This document shows positions 9,719 to 19,849 of a DNA stretch of 64,000 nt, one piece after another (the first letter of the stretch is position 1; each line of letters begins with the position of its first letter). Made by a program: the position numbers and the translations under genes. The notes beneath the pieces are model-generated. The model was not told the DNA's origin. It saw only the letters and a program-made list of their open reading frames with translations, and ran no database searches. The stretch spans positions 11,733-75,732 of the forward strand of contig JALFLK010000005.1 of NCBI GenBank assembly GCA_022774755.1. The letters run 5' to 3'. Origin of the DNA: a bacterium. Its GTDB lineage: Bacteria > Bacillota > Clostridia > Oscillospirales > Acutalibacteraceae.

Positions 9719-10519
9719 TTATTCGTTCTCATCTTTGCCGCTGCGCCGTCTTTTCCTGCCGATATGATAGGAAATACCGCTGACAGCCAAAAGTACGAAC
9801 ATTATAACGCCGCCGCAAATAAATGCAGATAAATAATTATCGCCCTTTGACACAGACAAACGCTGTATTTCGCCGTCGCCTGATTGAGATTTTTCCGGCT
9901 CCGCCTGAATCTTTTGCAGATTCTCTGTGCCGTTGTCGTCCTTGCTGTTTTCCAACGAATCATCGCTTTTTAATGCTTGCGATGATTTTCCGGCAGTACC
10001 CACCGAAGATGATGCCTTAGCCGTCTTTTTTGTGCCTGCGGAGCTATTGGCTGAAGATGAAGCAAGCAGAGCTTTACAGCTTCCTCCCTGCGCCGGGACT
10101 GTATCAAGGGTATTTGTAACGCAGTCGAACACGGAAAAATCAAAGGTTGTTTCCTCCGTTAAATTTTCCGCTTTAAAATCAACGGTAAAAAGTTCCTCTC
10201 CGTGGGATAAATCCACGCCCTCTTGGTTAAGGTAAATAATGCTCAAACAGCCTTCTTCCGAATTAAAATCCAGTTTTGCCTTATCCGAAAGCACCGAAGC
10301 ATCACGAAAATTCACCGTGCTGTTGTCATAGGTTATAACAAACTTAACAGCGGACAAAGTTTCTTCGCCTTTACCGCAAAAGGCAAGGGTAAATATTCTG
10401 TTGTTATCAGTTACGGCGTCCTCCGCATAAAAGCTCACATTTTCCGCACATTGTGCAGAAAACCCCAAGGACATAAGCAACGCCGAAAGTAATATTGACG
10501 CAAAAATTTTGATTTTCAT
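9719..10519 (-). CDS. Single-cohesin-domain protein with Ser/Ala/Lys linker and C-terminal membrane anchor
   Basis: Signal peptide; LSAVKFVITYDNSTVNF and GEELFTVDFKA cohesin-like strands; C-terminal TM helix plus RKRRR tail. Start uncertain (10519 or 10540). Confidence 0.65.
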   Translation of the reverse strand: MKIKIFASILLSALLMSLGFSAQCAENVSFYAEDAVTDNNRIFTLAFCGKGEETLSAVKFVITYDNSTVNFRDASVLSDKAKLDFNSEEGCLSIIYLNQEGVDLSHGEELFTVDFKAENLTEETTFDFSVFDCVTNTLDTVPAQGGSCKALLASSSANSSAGTKKTAKASSSVGTAGKSSQALKSDDSLENSKDDNGTENLQKIQAEPEKSQSGDGEIQRLSVSKGDNYLSAFICGGVIMFVLLAVSGISYHIGRKRRRSGKDENE

Positions 10520-10529
10520 TTTTTCATTT

Positions 10530-11264
10530 TTAAATAACAAATCCGCCGTTTACCCCCAAAAGCTGCCCCGTAATAAATTCTGCTTTTTGCGAAGCCAAAA
10601 ACACCGCCGCATCTGCAATATTTTTCGGTGTTCCCAGCTTTTGCAGGGGCGTTTCATCTTTAAGCTGACACACATCTTCTTCGCTGAATGACGACATCAT
10701 ATCAGTCATAACTACCCCCGGAGCAATGGCGTTTACCCTTACTCCGCTTGGTCCGACCTCTTTTGCCAGCGCCTTAGTCAAACCGATTATCCCCGCCTTG
10801 GCTGTGCTGTAATGCACTTCGCAGGAGGCTCCTGTCTGACCCCACATTGAGCTGATATTGATAATAACTCCGCTTTTTTTGCTTATCATATAGGGCAAAG
10901 CCGACTTACAGCAGTAAAAAACGCTGTCAAGGTTTATCCCCATCATTCTGCGCCACTGTTCGGCAGTAATATCGGTGAACAAGCTTTGCTCCGAAATTCC
11001 GGCATTGTTTAAAAGCACATCCACTCCACCGAAATTTTCTTCTATTACCGAGAACATATTGCAAACCTGCGTGTAATCGGAAACATCGCATTTCACTGCA
11101 AGAGCCGGCACACGGTAGCTTTCCGTAATAACATCCGCAAGCCGGCGTGCCTTTTCCTCGCTGTTATTATAATTCAGCACAACTGCATACCCCTGCTGTG
11201 CAAAGGCAACAGCAAGTGCACTGCCGATACCCCCGGACGCACCCGTAATCAATGCTGTTTTCAT
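10530..11264 (-). CDS. fabG: SDR oxidoreductase, FabG/YmfI-like
   Basis: TGASGGIG, NNAG, YSTAK catalytic motif. Confidence 0.8.
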   Translation of the reverse strand: MKTALITGASGGIGSALAVAFAQQGYAVVLNYNNSEEKARRLADVITESYRVPALAVKCDVSDYTQVCNMFSVIEENFGGVDVLLNNAGISEQSLFTDITAEQWRRMMGINLDSVFYCCKSALPYMISKKSGVIINISSMWGQTGASCEVHYSTAKAGIIGLTKALAKEVGPSGVRVNAIAPGVVMTDMMSSFSEEDVCQLKDETPLQKLGTPKNIADAAVFLASQKAEFITGQLLGVNGGFVI

Positions 11265-11429
11265 TATAATCACCGCCGATACTATATGGCAATATTATAC
11301 CATTTTAAACTTCCCAATAAAAGTGTTTTGTCTTATTCTTTTCTTGAATTTCGGCGTATTCCTATTTTTTTCACAAAAAGGAAGGATATATATAAACCGC
11401 CCTTTGCCGTTTTGCGGTTAAAATCAATA

Positions 11430-11458
11430 AGGGATAAGAGAACGTATCTCTTATCCCT
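11430..11458 (-). terminator. Stem-loop terminator
   Basis: AGGGATAAGAG/CTCTTATCCCT inverted repeat downstream of the 11508 gene. Confidence 0.6.
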
Positions 11459-11507
11459 GTGAGCATACAAAACAACTTGATTTCTAATAATTGTAAATGC
11501 TGTGTTT

Positions 11508-13283
11508 TTATTGAAGCGAGAATTTGTATATGTAGTATTCACCTACAACATCTGTCTTTTGTACGCTTATATTGTTACCTGACCCATAATATTTTTCAAG
11601 ATACGTTTTCATCATATCTGTTTGTGGGTTAGGGCTGTCATCAACAAAATATACGCCGTCTTCAAGCAGATATGAATACAGATTATCGGTTCCGAAATTC
11701 TTCACTTCTTGCATATAATACGGAAGCTTACCGTATGTGCAATTAAAGTAAATGCTATTTTCAGTAACTGATTCCCTGCTGACATATATAATGCTATCCA
11801 CACCTTTGGGTAAAGAAACAGTACGGCTCAGTTCCAATTTCTTGTCTTTATTATCATCAATATATTTTTGCAAATCCATCTGGTCTTGGCTGACTCTAAA
11901 GCAATCAAAGTAAACATTAGATTTGTTTGACAAATAATTACCAACTAAGAACAAAGGTATAGCGAGCAATAACAAAACAGCCAAATTCACTTTTCTGTAC
12001 TTAAAATACAACCTACTGAAAATACATTTGAACTCCGTTATCGAGAAAGAATACAAAAGATATACCGTGGCGGCAAGCAACAATACATATACTGCCCTGT
12101 ACGGCACTTTTGAAGAAAACCACAGATAATAATAGAACCCGAAAACAGATATACCCAGGAACAATGGGATAAAATAATTTCTTTTCTTCATCAGTATAAT
12201 GAAAGAAAGAAAAATAATTCCGAATGCAAATAATGCAATACCCTTATCTGCCAATGCCCTCATTCCGCCTATTTCATCAACAATCATATTTTTTAAGATT
12301 CCGATATATGATTTGTTTTGGCTGTTATAGTTCTGCTGTATAGATTTAATTTCCTTTAATTTTTCTAACGAAAACGCACCCTTATCGTCGAGATATCCTT
12401 GCCTTAACATCTCTATATCGTTAGCGTCAATGCCTATCTTATCATATTCTTCCTTGCATTGTTCATAATCCGGAATGGGATAATCCCATACCGCAGAACG
12501 GGCGGCAGTATATTCGCAATAGTAGCTAAGCCCGTCATTTTGCTTAACAATGAAATTTTCCGATATATTTATGCCAAAGCATAAAGCTACCAAAGATATT
12601 GCGATTATAAGTCTTCTCTTCTCAAAAATTACAAGGAAAAGCTCTTTTATTTTTCTCGTACCTTTTTCGATGGCAAAATACTCCGATAACGATTTTCCGA
12701 CAACATAGAAACACACCATCACTAATGACGCTTCAAAAATCATAAATCTTATAAGCGAACCTATAAGTACAAAAGCAGCGCCTACACATACGCCCAATCT
12801 GTATTTATCTTTATTAACATAATGAATTATGCACAAAAATCCGGCAACAGTCAAAAGAGCCGGCATTCGTGTAAAAGAGATTTGCTCATAATGGGATACC
12901 GCAAAAAAGCTGGTAATAAACAGAGTAAAAAATGTTGCAACAACTGCATTAAACTTATCTGTAAAAACCACAGTTATAGCAGTAAATGCACACAGCGAAA
13001 GAAACAAAAACACCAATACATATGCGTTTAAAGGATAAATAATATTTTGAATAAAGCCTACAAATGCACAATAAAGATAGCTAATGAAATGAAAATCATA
13101 ACAACCGTTTGCAATCCAATCCGCATATCCTGCATCATCTGCCATTTCATAATTCAAAGAATAAACTATTAGATAAAAAACCAGAATACCCACATTCAGC
13201 AACAAAGAATACAAGAGCTTAAACAATGCAGTATTTTTCTTTTCCCTCATACTGTTCAACAACTCTCCCATAAAATTAAACAA
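11508..13283 (-). CDS. Polytopic membrane protein, possible GT-C fold glycosyltransferase
   Basis: About 11 TM segments, acidic YEMADD motif after TM1, large extracellular loop and C-terminal domain; visibly AT-rich. Confidence 0.5.
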   Translation of the reverse strand: MFNFMGELLNSMREKKNTALFKLLYSLLLNVGILVFYLIVYSLNYEMADDAGYADWIANGCYDFHFISYLYCAFVGFIQNIIYPLNAYVLVFLFLSLCAFTAITVVFTDKFNAVVATFFTLFITSFFAVSHYEQISFTRMPALLTVAGFLCIIHYVNKDKYRLGVCVGAAFVLIGSLIRFMIFEASLVMVCFYVVGKSLSEYFAIEKGTRKIKELFLVIFEKRRLIIAISLVALCFGINISENFIVKQNDGLSYYCEYTAARSAVWDYPIPDYEQCKEEYDKIGIDANDIEMLRQGYLDDKGAFSLEKLKEIKSIQQNYNSQNKSYIGILKNMIVDEIGGMRALADKGIALFAFGIIFLSFIILMKKRNYFIPLFLGISVFGFYYYLWFSSKVPYRAVYVLLLAATVYLLYSFSITEFKCIFSRLYFKYRKVNLAVLLLLAIPLFLVGNYLSNKSNVYFDCFRVSQDQMDLQKYIDDNKDKKLELSRTVSLPKGVDSIIYVSRESVTENSIYFNCTYGKLPYYMQEVKNFGTDNLYSYLLEDGVYFVDDSPNPQTDMMKTYLEKYYGSGNNISVQKTDVVGEYYIYKFSLQ

Positions 13284-13295
13284 ATCAATTTAAAA

Positions 13296-14501
13296 TCACT
13301 TTGCCTTGGATTTTTTCTTTGCAGGTTTCTCTTTGATTATACTGTGATTAAGGAAAAAACTCATTATAGGCTTGCTGATAAGCTTTATAAACACGCCTAC
13401 CACATATGCTCCTGCAAGGCTGAGCACGATTGTAAGGGGCACAATCCGAATATATCCGATAAAGTAGTCGCCAAAGCCTTTGACAATCGTAGAAATGTTC
13501 TTATAGAACCACTGGTCGCAGAACCATGACAACAGGTAAAACGAAAGGCTCACGCTTGAAATGCTTGCAAAAATGCTCCTAATAACCCTGTTTTGGGTGT
13601 TTATATTATAAATAATAAGGAAGAAGCAAACCGCCGTAACCATAGTGATTAAGTCGCCATTATCGGCGTACATAGCGGAGAAGAAGGTTTTTCCGCCGTC
13701 TGCACCTGTAATTTGCACCTTAAACGCCTGATAAAACAAGCACAGCACCAAAATCAGGCTCAGCAAAAGTTTATTCACCTTAAAGCTGAACTCTCTTATG
13801 TATTTGCCTACAACATAATATGCAACCGGAAAAAACGTTGCGGCGAAGAAGCTGGGCATCATACCGATGCCTGTGTCTTCAAACTTGAACTTATTGACAG
13901 ACATTGGCAATACGCTTAAAACGATGCAGGCAATCATCATTGTCGTTTTCTTTTTTTGGCTGTCAAGAGAATTGTACGCAATATCGATTATCGGCATTAA
14001 AACAAACAAAGATACGTACATATTTACATACCAGCCGTAGCTTGGCAGATTACCGCTCCACCAGCTTTGAAGAAGCCTGTACGGAGTAAGCGTTGGGTCG
14101 GCCGGGTTTGTGGATACTGCAAGCTTGTACCAGATTACAAGGAGTCCGATAAGCAGGCTGTTTACGATAATCGGCGTTATTTTTACATAATGCCGTTTTG
14201 ACAAATCCGCCGGGTGATAGTAGCTAAGCGCACCCGAAACGAGCATAAACAGCGGAACGCAGATAAAGAATAAATCTCTGACAACGGTTGTAAGTATAAA
14301 TCCCGTTGTGTCGCCCGTTCCGATTGAATAATAGTAATAGTGACCGTTATACAAAAAGAAATGCACACTGGGCACAAAAAACATTGCAATAACCTTTACA
14401 AGATCCAAACCGAAATCACGCTTGTCAATGTTGCGTACATTGAAAAAGAATTCCGAAAAGGTCATATGTTTAGGCTGTGCCTTTTGGTTTACCTTTGCCA
14501 T
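13296..14501 (-). CDS. Acyltransferase family 3 (OafA-like O-acyltransferase)
   Basis: R..GLDLVKVIAMFFV..VH, VPLFMLVSG, WYVNMY; multiple TM helices. Confidence 0.85.
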   Translation of the reverse strand: MAKVNQKAQPKHMTFSEFFFNVRNIDKRDFGLDLVKVIAMFFVPSVHFFLYNGHYYYYSIGTGDTTGFILTTVVRDLFFICVPLFMLVSGALSYYHPADLSKRHYVKITPIIVNSLLIGLLVIWYKLAVSTNPADPTLTPYRLLQSWWSGNLPSYGWYVNMYVSLFVLMPIIDIAYNSLDSQKKKTTMMIACIVLSVLPMSVNKFKFEDTGIGMMPSFFAATFFPVAYYVVGKYIREFSFKVNKLLLSLILVLCLFYQAFKVQITGADGGKTFFSAMYADNGDLITMVTAVCFFLIIYNINTQNRVIRSIFASISSVSLSFYLLSWFCDQWFYKNISTIVKGFGDYFIGYIRIVPLTIVLSLAGAYVVGVFIKLISKPIMSFFLNHSIIKEKPAKKKSKAK

Positions 14502-14526
14502 TTCATACCTCCGATTTGATTATATT

Positions 14527-15357
14527 TTATTCCGATAATTTATCTTTAATTTTCTGCGCCGCATCTGCAAGATAATTTCCGCCGAAAGCCTCAATTCTTC
14601 CCGTATCAACATATGTTGCCATTTCGGGGTCTATGGGCACCTGTGCAAGGAGCTCCGTTCCCATCTTTTCAGCAATTTCGGCTGTTTTGCTATCGCCGAA
14701 AATATTGTGAATCTTGCCGCAGTCGGGGCATTTAAAACTGCTCATATTTTCTACAACGCCCAATATCGGTATATCCATCATATTTGCCATTTTAACTGCC
14801 TTTTCAACAATCATAGACACCAAATCCTGGGGAGAAGTAACAACCACTATACCGTCAACGGGGATACTCTGGAACACCGTCAGAGCAACGTCGCCTGTTC
14901 CCGGAGGCATATCCACAAACATATAGTCTATATCCTGCCAGATAACATCCGTCCAGAACTGCTTAACGGTTCCTGCGATAATAGGGCCTCTCCAGATAAC
15001 CGGGTCGGTTTCGTTGGGGAGCAGAAGATTGATAGACATAACTTCAATTCCTGTTTCAGTTACAACAGGGAAAAGTCCGCTGTCGTTTCCCTGACACTTT
15101 TCCTTGATGCCAAAGGTCTTTGGGATTGACGGACCCGTTATATCGGCGTCCAACACAGCCGTCTTATAGCCCATATTGTTAAAGGCAACCGCAAGGCTTG
15201 AAGTAACAAGGCTTTTTCCTACTCCGCCTTTGCCTGATACAACGCCGATTACCTTTTTAACCTTGCTTAGGGGATTCAGCTTTTCGTAAAAATCTTCCTT
15301 TGTCTTTTTTTCGCCGCAGCTCTCGCTGCAGCTTGAGCAATCATGATTACAACCCAT
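14527..15357 (-). CDS. mrp: Mrp/NBP35 (ApbC) Fe-S cluster carrier ATPase
   Basis: SGKGGVGKS, DADITGPS, DMPPGTGD, ENMS..CP.C; N-terminal C..DC..C...C. Confidence 0.92.
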   Translation of the reverse strand: MGCNHDCSSCSESCGEKKTKEDFYEKLNPLSKVKKVIGVVSGKGGVGKSLVTSSLAVAFNNMGYKTAVLDADITGPSIPKTFGIKEKCQGNDSGLFPVVTETGIEVMSINLLLPNETDPVIWRGPIIAGTVKQFWTDVIWQDIDYMFVDMPPGTGDVALTVFQSIPVDGIVVVTSPQDLVSMIVEKAVKMANMMDIPILGVVENMSSFKCPDCGKIHNIFGDSKTAEIAEKMGTELLAQVPIDPEMATYVDTGRIEAFGGNYLADAAQKIKDKLSE

Positions 15358-15596
15358 ATTTATTCCTCCGTAAATCCATATTTACCGAAACTCAGTATAT
15401 TCATTTTATTATAACACATAATCCGGCAAAATAAAAACTTTTTTTGCGTCGGGCAGACAGAATCGTGGAATCATCAAACTTCTATGCCCGATCCCGATGT
15501 TATATTAAGTACTTTAATTTCTTTGTTTCGTGCAGACAGGCAGTAAATTTAAAAATTTTACCAAATGATAAATCTAAATAAAGCTAATATAAAATG

Positions 15597-15640
15597 CCCC
15601 ATACATCAGGTAATGCTGAACACACCTGACATATGGGGTG
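15597..15640 (-). repeat. 44-bp hairpin repeat, copy 1 (terminator-like, after glgP)
   Basis: 38/44 identical to 47790-47833. Confidence 0.75.
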
Positions 15641-15661
15641 TTGTATTTTGATAAAAACTTC

Positions 15662-15710
15662 CAATCCCTCAGTCAGCTTCGCTGACAGCTCCCTTTACCA
15701 AAGAAAGCTT
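15662..15710. repeat. REP-like palindromic repeat
   Basis: CAATCCCTCAGTCAGCTTCGCTGACAGCTCCCTTTACC, hairpin GTCAGC/GCTGAC; partial copy at 47885-47912. Confidence 0.55.
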
Positions 15711-15830
15711 TGTCGGCCTACTTGCTAAAGGAAATACATCTGATGGGAAAAGCCACAAAGTGACAAAAGGAAATAATACTCTCATATAAGGTTTACAAGG
15801 CATAAAACACCCTGCGGACGATGATTAAAA

Positions 15831-18206
15831 TCAGTCCTTCTTGCCCTTATAATTTGTGTGCCAAATTTCTTTAGCATACTGGAGTATAGCACGGTCAGAG
15901 CTGAACTCGCCTGCATTTGCAACATTCTTAAGGCACTTTCTGCCGAAAGCAACCCTGTCGGAGTAGTCGGCGTTAGCCTTAATCTTTGCGTCAACATAAA
16001 GAGGCAAATCATAAATTACAAAGTAGTGGTCGGGTGCATGCCAGGAAGCTCCGTCAAGGAGAGCTGAATGAAGCTCTGCAAAGCTGCCCTCGCCCTTTGC
16101 GCCGTTATCGCTGAAGGTACCGTCAACCAAAGTATCCACAACTCTCTTGATTTCGGGATTTGACTCGTAAATCTTTCTGGGGTTGTAGCCCTCTGCTTTC
16201 AATCTGTCAATATCCTCAACTCTTGCGCCGAAGATATACTCGTTCTCTTCGCCTGCCTGCTCGGCAATTTCGATGTTAGCGCCGTCGTATGTGCCCAGTG
16301 TAACTGCGCCGTTAAGCATAAACTTCATATTACCTGTACCTGAAGCCTCAAGACCTGCTGTTGAAGTCTGCTCTGAAACATCAGCGGCAACAACGATTTT
16401 TTCTGCGTAGGATACGTTGTAGTTAGAAAGGAAGTAAACCTGAAGCTTGTCCTTTGTATCGGGGTCGTTGTTTACAAGCTTGCCGATTTCGTTGATATAC
16501 TTAATGATAGCCTTAGCTCTTGCATATCCGGGAGCTGCCTTTGCGCCGAAGAGGAACACCGTTGGATTCCAGTTAGGCAGTTTGCCCTCTTTTAACTTGA
16601 AGTAAATGTCCATAATGGAGAATGCGTTAAGGAGCTGTCTCTTATACTCGTGCAAACGCTTAACCTGAACATCAAAGATAAAGTCGGGGTTTACATCAAA
16701 GCCATCCATTTTCTTGATATAAGCTGCAAGCTGTTTTTTCTTTGTCTTTTTAATCTTGTTAAACTCTTTTACAACAGCGTCGTCTTCAGCAAGGCTGTTA
16801 AGCTTAGAAAGCTTTGAGAGGTCTGTCTCCCAGCCCTTGATGCCGTGGTCGTTTAAGAACTTGGCAAGCTCGGGGTTGCAAAGACCAAGCCATCTGCGCT
16901 GTGTGATACCGTTTGTTTTGTTCTGGAATCTTTCGGGGTAAACCTCGTACCAATCCTTAAGCACGTCGTTTTTAAGGATTTCGGTGTGAAGCTTTGCAAC
17001 GCCGTTTACATATACGGAAGCGTAGGTTGCAAGTCTTGCCATATGAACTGCGTTATCGGCAATAATGCGCATCTTTGCAATTTTATCTTCCGGAAGTCCC
17101 TTGCCCTTAAGCTCGTGATATTCTTTTTCGTTAATCTGCTCGATAATTGAGTAAATCTCGGGAATAACATCTCTCATAAGGTCGATGCTCCATTTTTCAA
17201 GAGCCTCGGCAAGTACTGTGTGGTTTGTATAGTTAAATGTCTTTCTTGCAATTTCGAAAGCCTGGTCAAAGTTCATGCCCTCTTTCTCAAGAAGACGAAC
17301 AAGCTCGGGGATACATACAACAGGGTGAGTATCGTTAAGCTGAATTGTGTTGTCCTCTGCAAAGTGACTGAAATCATTGCCGTACTTTTCTTTGTAGCGA
17401 GCCAGGATGTCCTGCAATGAAGCGGAGCAGAAGAAATACTGCTGTTTAAGGCGGAGCACCTTGCCCTGGTGAGAATTGTCGTTAGGATAAAGTACCTTGG
17501 AAATATTTTCTGCGTCATTCTTAGCCTTTACGGCGGCGTCATAATTGCTGTTGTTAAACTGTGCAAAGTCAAACTCCTCAAGAGCCTCTGCCTGCCAAAG
17601 ACGAAGGGTGTTAATATTCTTTGTACCGTAACCGATAACAGCCATATCGTAAGGAACAGCCTTAACTGTCTGCTCTCTGAAGGATACTGTTACAGCCTGG
17701 TCCTCTCTTCTGATGCACCAAGGGTCTTCAAAGCGCTGCCAGTCGTCTGCAACCTCAACCTGATAGCCGTCTTTAATAAGCTGTTTAAAAAGGCCGTACT
17801 TGTAGCGAATTCCGTAACCGTCAAGAGGAACCTCCTGTGTTGCCGCACTGTCAAGATAGCAAGCTGCAAGACGTCCCAAACCGCCGTTACCCAAAGCTGC
17901 GTCGTCGATATCTTCAAAAACATTGATATCGAAGCCCTTTCTCTTTAAGAGAGTCTTAGCCTCGTCCAAAGCGCCGATGCAGTAAAGGTTGTTGTAAATC
18001 ATACGACCCATAAGGAACTCAGCAGAAAAATAGTAAGCTCTTCTTGATTCAGCGTGCTTTTTCTTGCTTCTTGCCCAGTTGTCACCGATTTCGCCCATTA
18101 CAGCCTTGCCCAATGCAAGGTGAAGCTGTGACGGTGTCAGGTTTTCGGGTTTTTCACAATACATTTCTTTTGCAGAAATTTTAAGATTTTCCATTAAGTT
18201 ACCCAT
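15831..18206 (-). CDS. glgP: Glycogen/maltodextrin phosphorylase
   Basis: LGNGGLGRLAAC, QLNDTHP, VKRLHEYKRQ, EASGTGNMK PLP site. Confidence 0.96.
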   Translation of the reverse strand: MGNLMENLKISAKEMYCEKPENLTPSQLHLALGKAVMGEIGDNWARSKKKHAESRRAYYFSAEFLMGRMIYNNLYCIGALDEAKTLLKRKGFDINVFEDIDDAALGNGGLGRLAACYLDSAATQEVPLDGYGIRYKYGLFKQLIKDGYQVEVADDWQRFEDPWCIRREDQAVTVSFREQTVKAVPYDMAVIGYGTKNINTLRLWQAEALEEFDFAQFNNSNYDAAVKAKNDAENISKVLYPNDNSHQGKVLRLKQQYFFCSASLQDILARYKEKYGNDFSHFAEDNTIQLNDTHPVVCIPELVRLLEKEGMNFDQAFEIARKTFNYTNHTVLAEALEKWSIDLMRDVIPEIYSIIEQINEKEYHELKGKGLPEDKIAKMRIIADNAVHMARLATYASVYVNGVAKLHTEILKNDVLKDWYEVYPERFQNKTNGITQRRWLGLCNPELAKFLNDHGIKGWETDLSKLSKLNSLAEDDAVVKEFNKIKKTKKKQLAAYIKKMDGFDVNPDFIFDVQVKRLHEYKRQLLNAFSIMDIYFKLKEGKLPNWNPTVFLFGAKAAPGYARAKAIIKYINEIGKLVNNDPDTKDKLQVYFLSNYNVSYAEKIVVAADVSEQTSTAGLEASGTGNMKFMLNGAVTLGTYDGANIEIAEQAGEENEYIFGARVEDIDRLKAEGYNPRKIYESNPEIKRVVDTLVDGTFSDNGAKGEGSFAELHSALLDGASWHAPDHYFVIYDLPLYVDAKIKANADYSDRVAFGRKCLKNVANAGEFSSDRAILQYAKEIWHTNYKGKKD

Positions 18207-18211
18207 TGTAA

Positions 18212-19699
18212 TCAATCCTCCATACGTCCGTATTCTTTGGACATCGCTTTTAATTTATGAGAAAGCTCCTTTGTAAGAGCTTTTTTATCAATTCTCCAAA
18301 CCCAGTTGCCGCCTAAGGTTGAAGGCGTATTAAATCTTGCCTCCGTTCCCAAGCCCAGTATATCCTGCATCTGAATAATTGCATAGTCAGCCTTGCTTTC
18401 GTAAGCGGTTCTGATAAGGCCCCAGTTAAAGGGCTCGTCATCGGGCATTTTGCAGTATTCTCTTGCATAGGCAACATCCTTGGGCTTTGCGGTCTTTGTC
18501 CAGCCCATAAGTGTATCGTTGTCGTGAGTACCGGTGTAAACAACGCAGTTTTCGGTGTACTTATGGGGCAGGTAGTCGTTCTCCTCATCGCTGTCAAAAG
18601 CAAACTCAAGAACCTTCATTCCCGGATATCCGCTGTCCTTCAACAGTTGAATAACGCCCGGAGTAAGAGTTCCCAAATCCTCTGCAACAATGGGAATATC
18701 GCCTATTGTTTCTTTCATCTTTTCAAAGAATTCTATGCCCGGACCCTCTTTCCACTCGCCGTTGACGGCGTTTTCGGCAGGGTAGGGAATAGCATAGTAG
18801 CTGTCGAATGCTCTGAAGTGGTCAATTCTGGTAATATCAAAGAGCTTTGAAGCCGCCTTGATTCTCTCAAACCACCACTCGTAGTCGGTTGCCTTAAGAT
18901 AATCCCAGTCATAAAGGGGATTGCCCCAAAGCTGACCTGTTGCGGAGAAATAATCGGGCGGACAGCCTGCAACGCAGACCGGGTCGCCGTCGTCATAAAG
19001 CCAGAACACCTCGGGATTTGCCCAAGTGTCGGCGCTGTCCATAGCAACATAAATAGGCATATCGCCCAAAATCTGAATGCCCAGTCCGTTTACATAAGCA
19101 CGAAAGCTCTCCCACTGCTGATAGAACTTAAACTGAACAAACTTCCAAAAGTCAATTTCATCCTTAAGCTTGCGCTCATAGCGCCTTACGGCTGCTTCCT
19201 CGTGCATACGGATACTCTCGTCCTCCCATTCGGTCCAGGACTTCATATCGTTCTGCTTTTTCACAGCCATATAGAGGGCGTAGTTTTTCAGCCACTTGCT
19301 GTTTTTCCTCTTAAAGCTTCTGAATTCCTTTTGGTCAAGCTTTTTAAAGTTATTGTAGGCAATTTCCAGCACCTTAAAACGGCTGTTGTAGATTTTTTCG
19401 TAATCTACCTCAAACTGATTGTTGCCCCAATCGAACTTCTTAATCTGAGCTTTGGTCACAAGCCCCTCTTCGCAGAGCATATCCAAATCTATCATATACG
19501 GATTGCCAGCATAGGTAGAAAAGGACTGATATGGAGAGTCGCCGTAGCTTGTAGGTCCGACGGGCAGAATCTGCCAGATTTTTTGTCCCGATTTCTTTAA
19601 GAAATCGGCGAACTTGCGTGCTTCCTTGCCGATTGTGCCGATTCCGTAGGGCGACGGCAATGCAGTAATCGGCATAAGGATTCCTGCAACACGAGCCAT
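18212..19699 (-). CDS. malQ: 4-alpha-glucanotransferase (GH77)
   Basis: GDSPYQSFS, WGNPLYDW, RIDHFR, AEDLG, YTGTHDN. Confidence 0.96.
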   Translation of the reverse strand: MARVAGILMPITALPSPYGIGTIGKEARKFADFLKKSGQKIWQILPVGPTSYGDSPYQSFSTYAGNPYMIDLDMLCEEGLVTKAQIKKFDWGNNQFEVDYEKIYNSRFKVLEIAYNNFKKLDQKEFRSFKRKNSKWLKNYALYMAVKKQNDMKSWTEWEDESIRMHEEAAVRRYERKLKDEIDFWKFVQFKFYQQWESFRAYVNGLGIQILGDMPIYVAMDSADTWANPEVFWLYDDGDPVCVAGCPPDYFSATGQLWGNPLYDWDYLKATDYEWWFERIKAASKLFDITRIDHFRAFDSYYAIPYPAENAVNGEWKEGPGIEFFEKMKETIGDIPIVAEDLGTLTPGVIQLLKDSGYPGMKVLEFAFDSDEENDYLPHKYTENCVVYTGTHDNDTLMGWTKTAKPKDVAYAREYCKMPDDEPFNWGLIRTAYESKADYAIIQMQDILGLGTEARFNTPSTLGGNWVWRIDKKALTKELSHKLKAMSKEYGRMED

Positions 19700-19849
19700 A
19701 ATATCAACTCCGTTTACTTTATATTTAATTTTCATAACGATTCAAATATTCAAGACGCCCAGAACAGGGCAATATATCTCAGTTTGAAAGTATTTTAACA
19801 TATTTGTATTTAATTGGCAATAGTTTATTTTACTTTTAATTTACCAAAT

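Noticed and set aside
9636-9733. Short ORF MRTNKKK... overlapping the cohesin stop, as a remnant of a lost downstream gene
   Set aside because: Only 28 codons, weak RBS, and it runs through a terminator; cannot be supported.
11333-11542. 69-aa ORF downstream of the putative GT-C gene
   Set aside because: It spans a terminator hairpin, with no RBS or recognisable domain.
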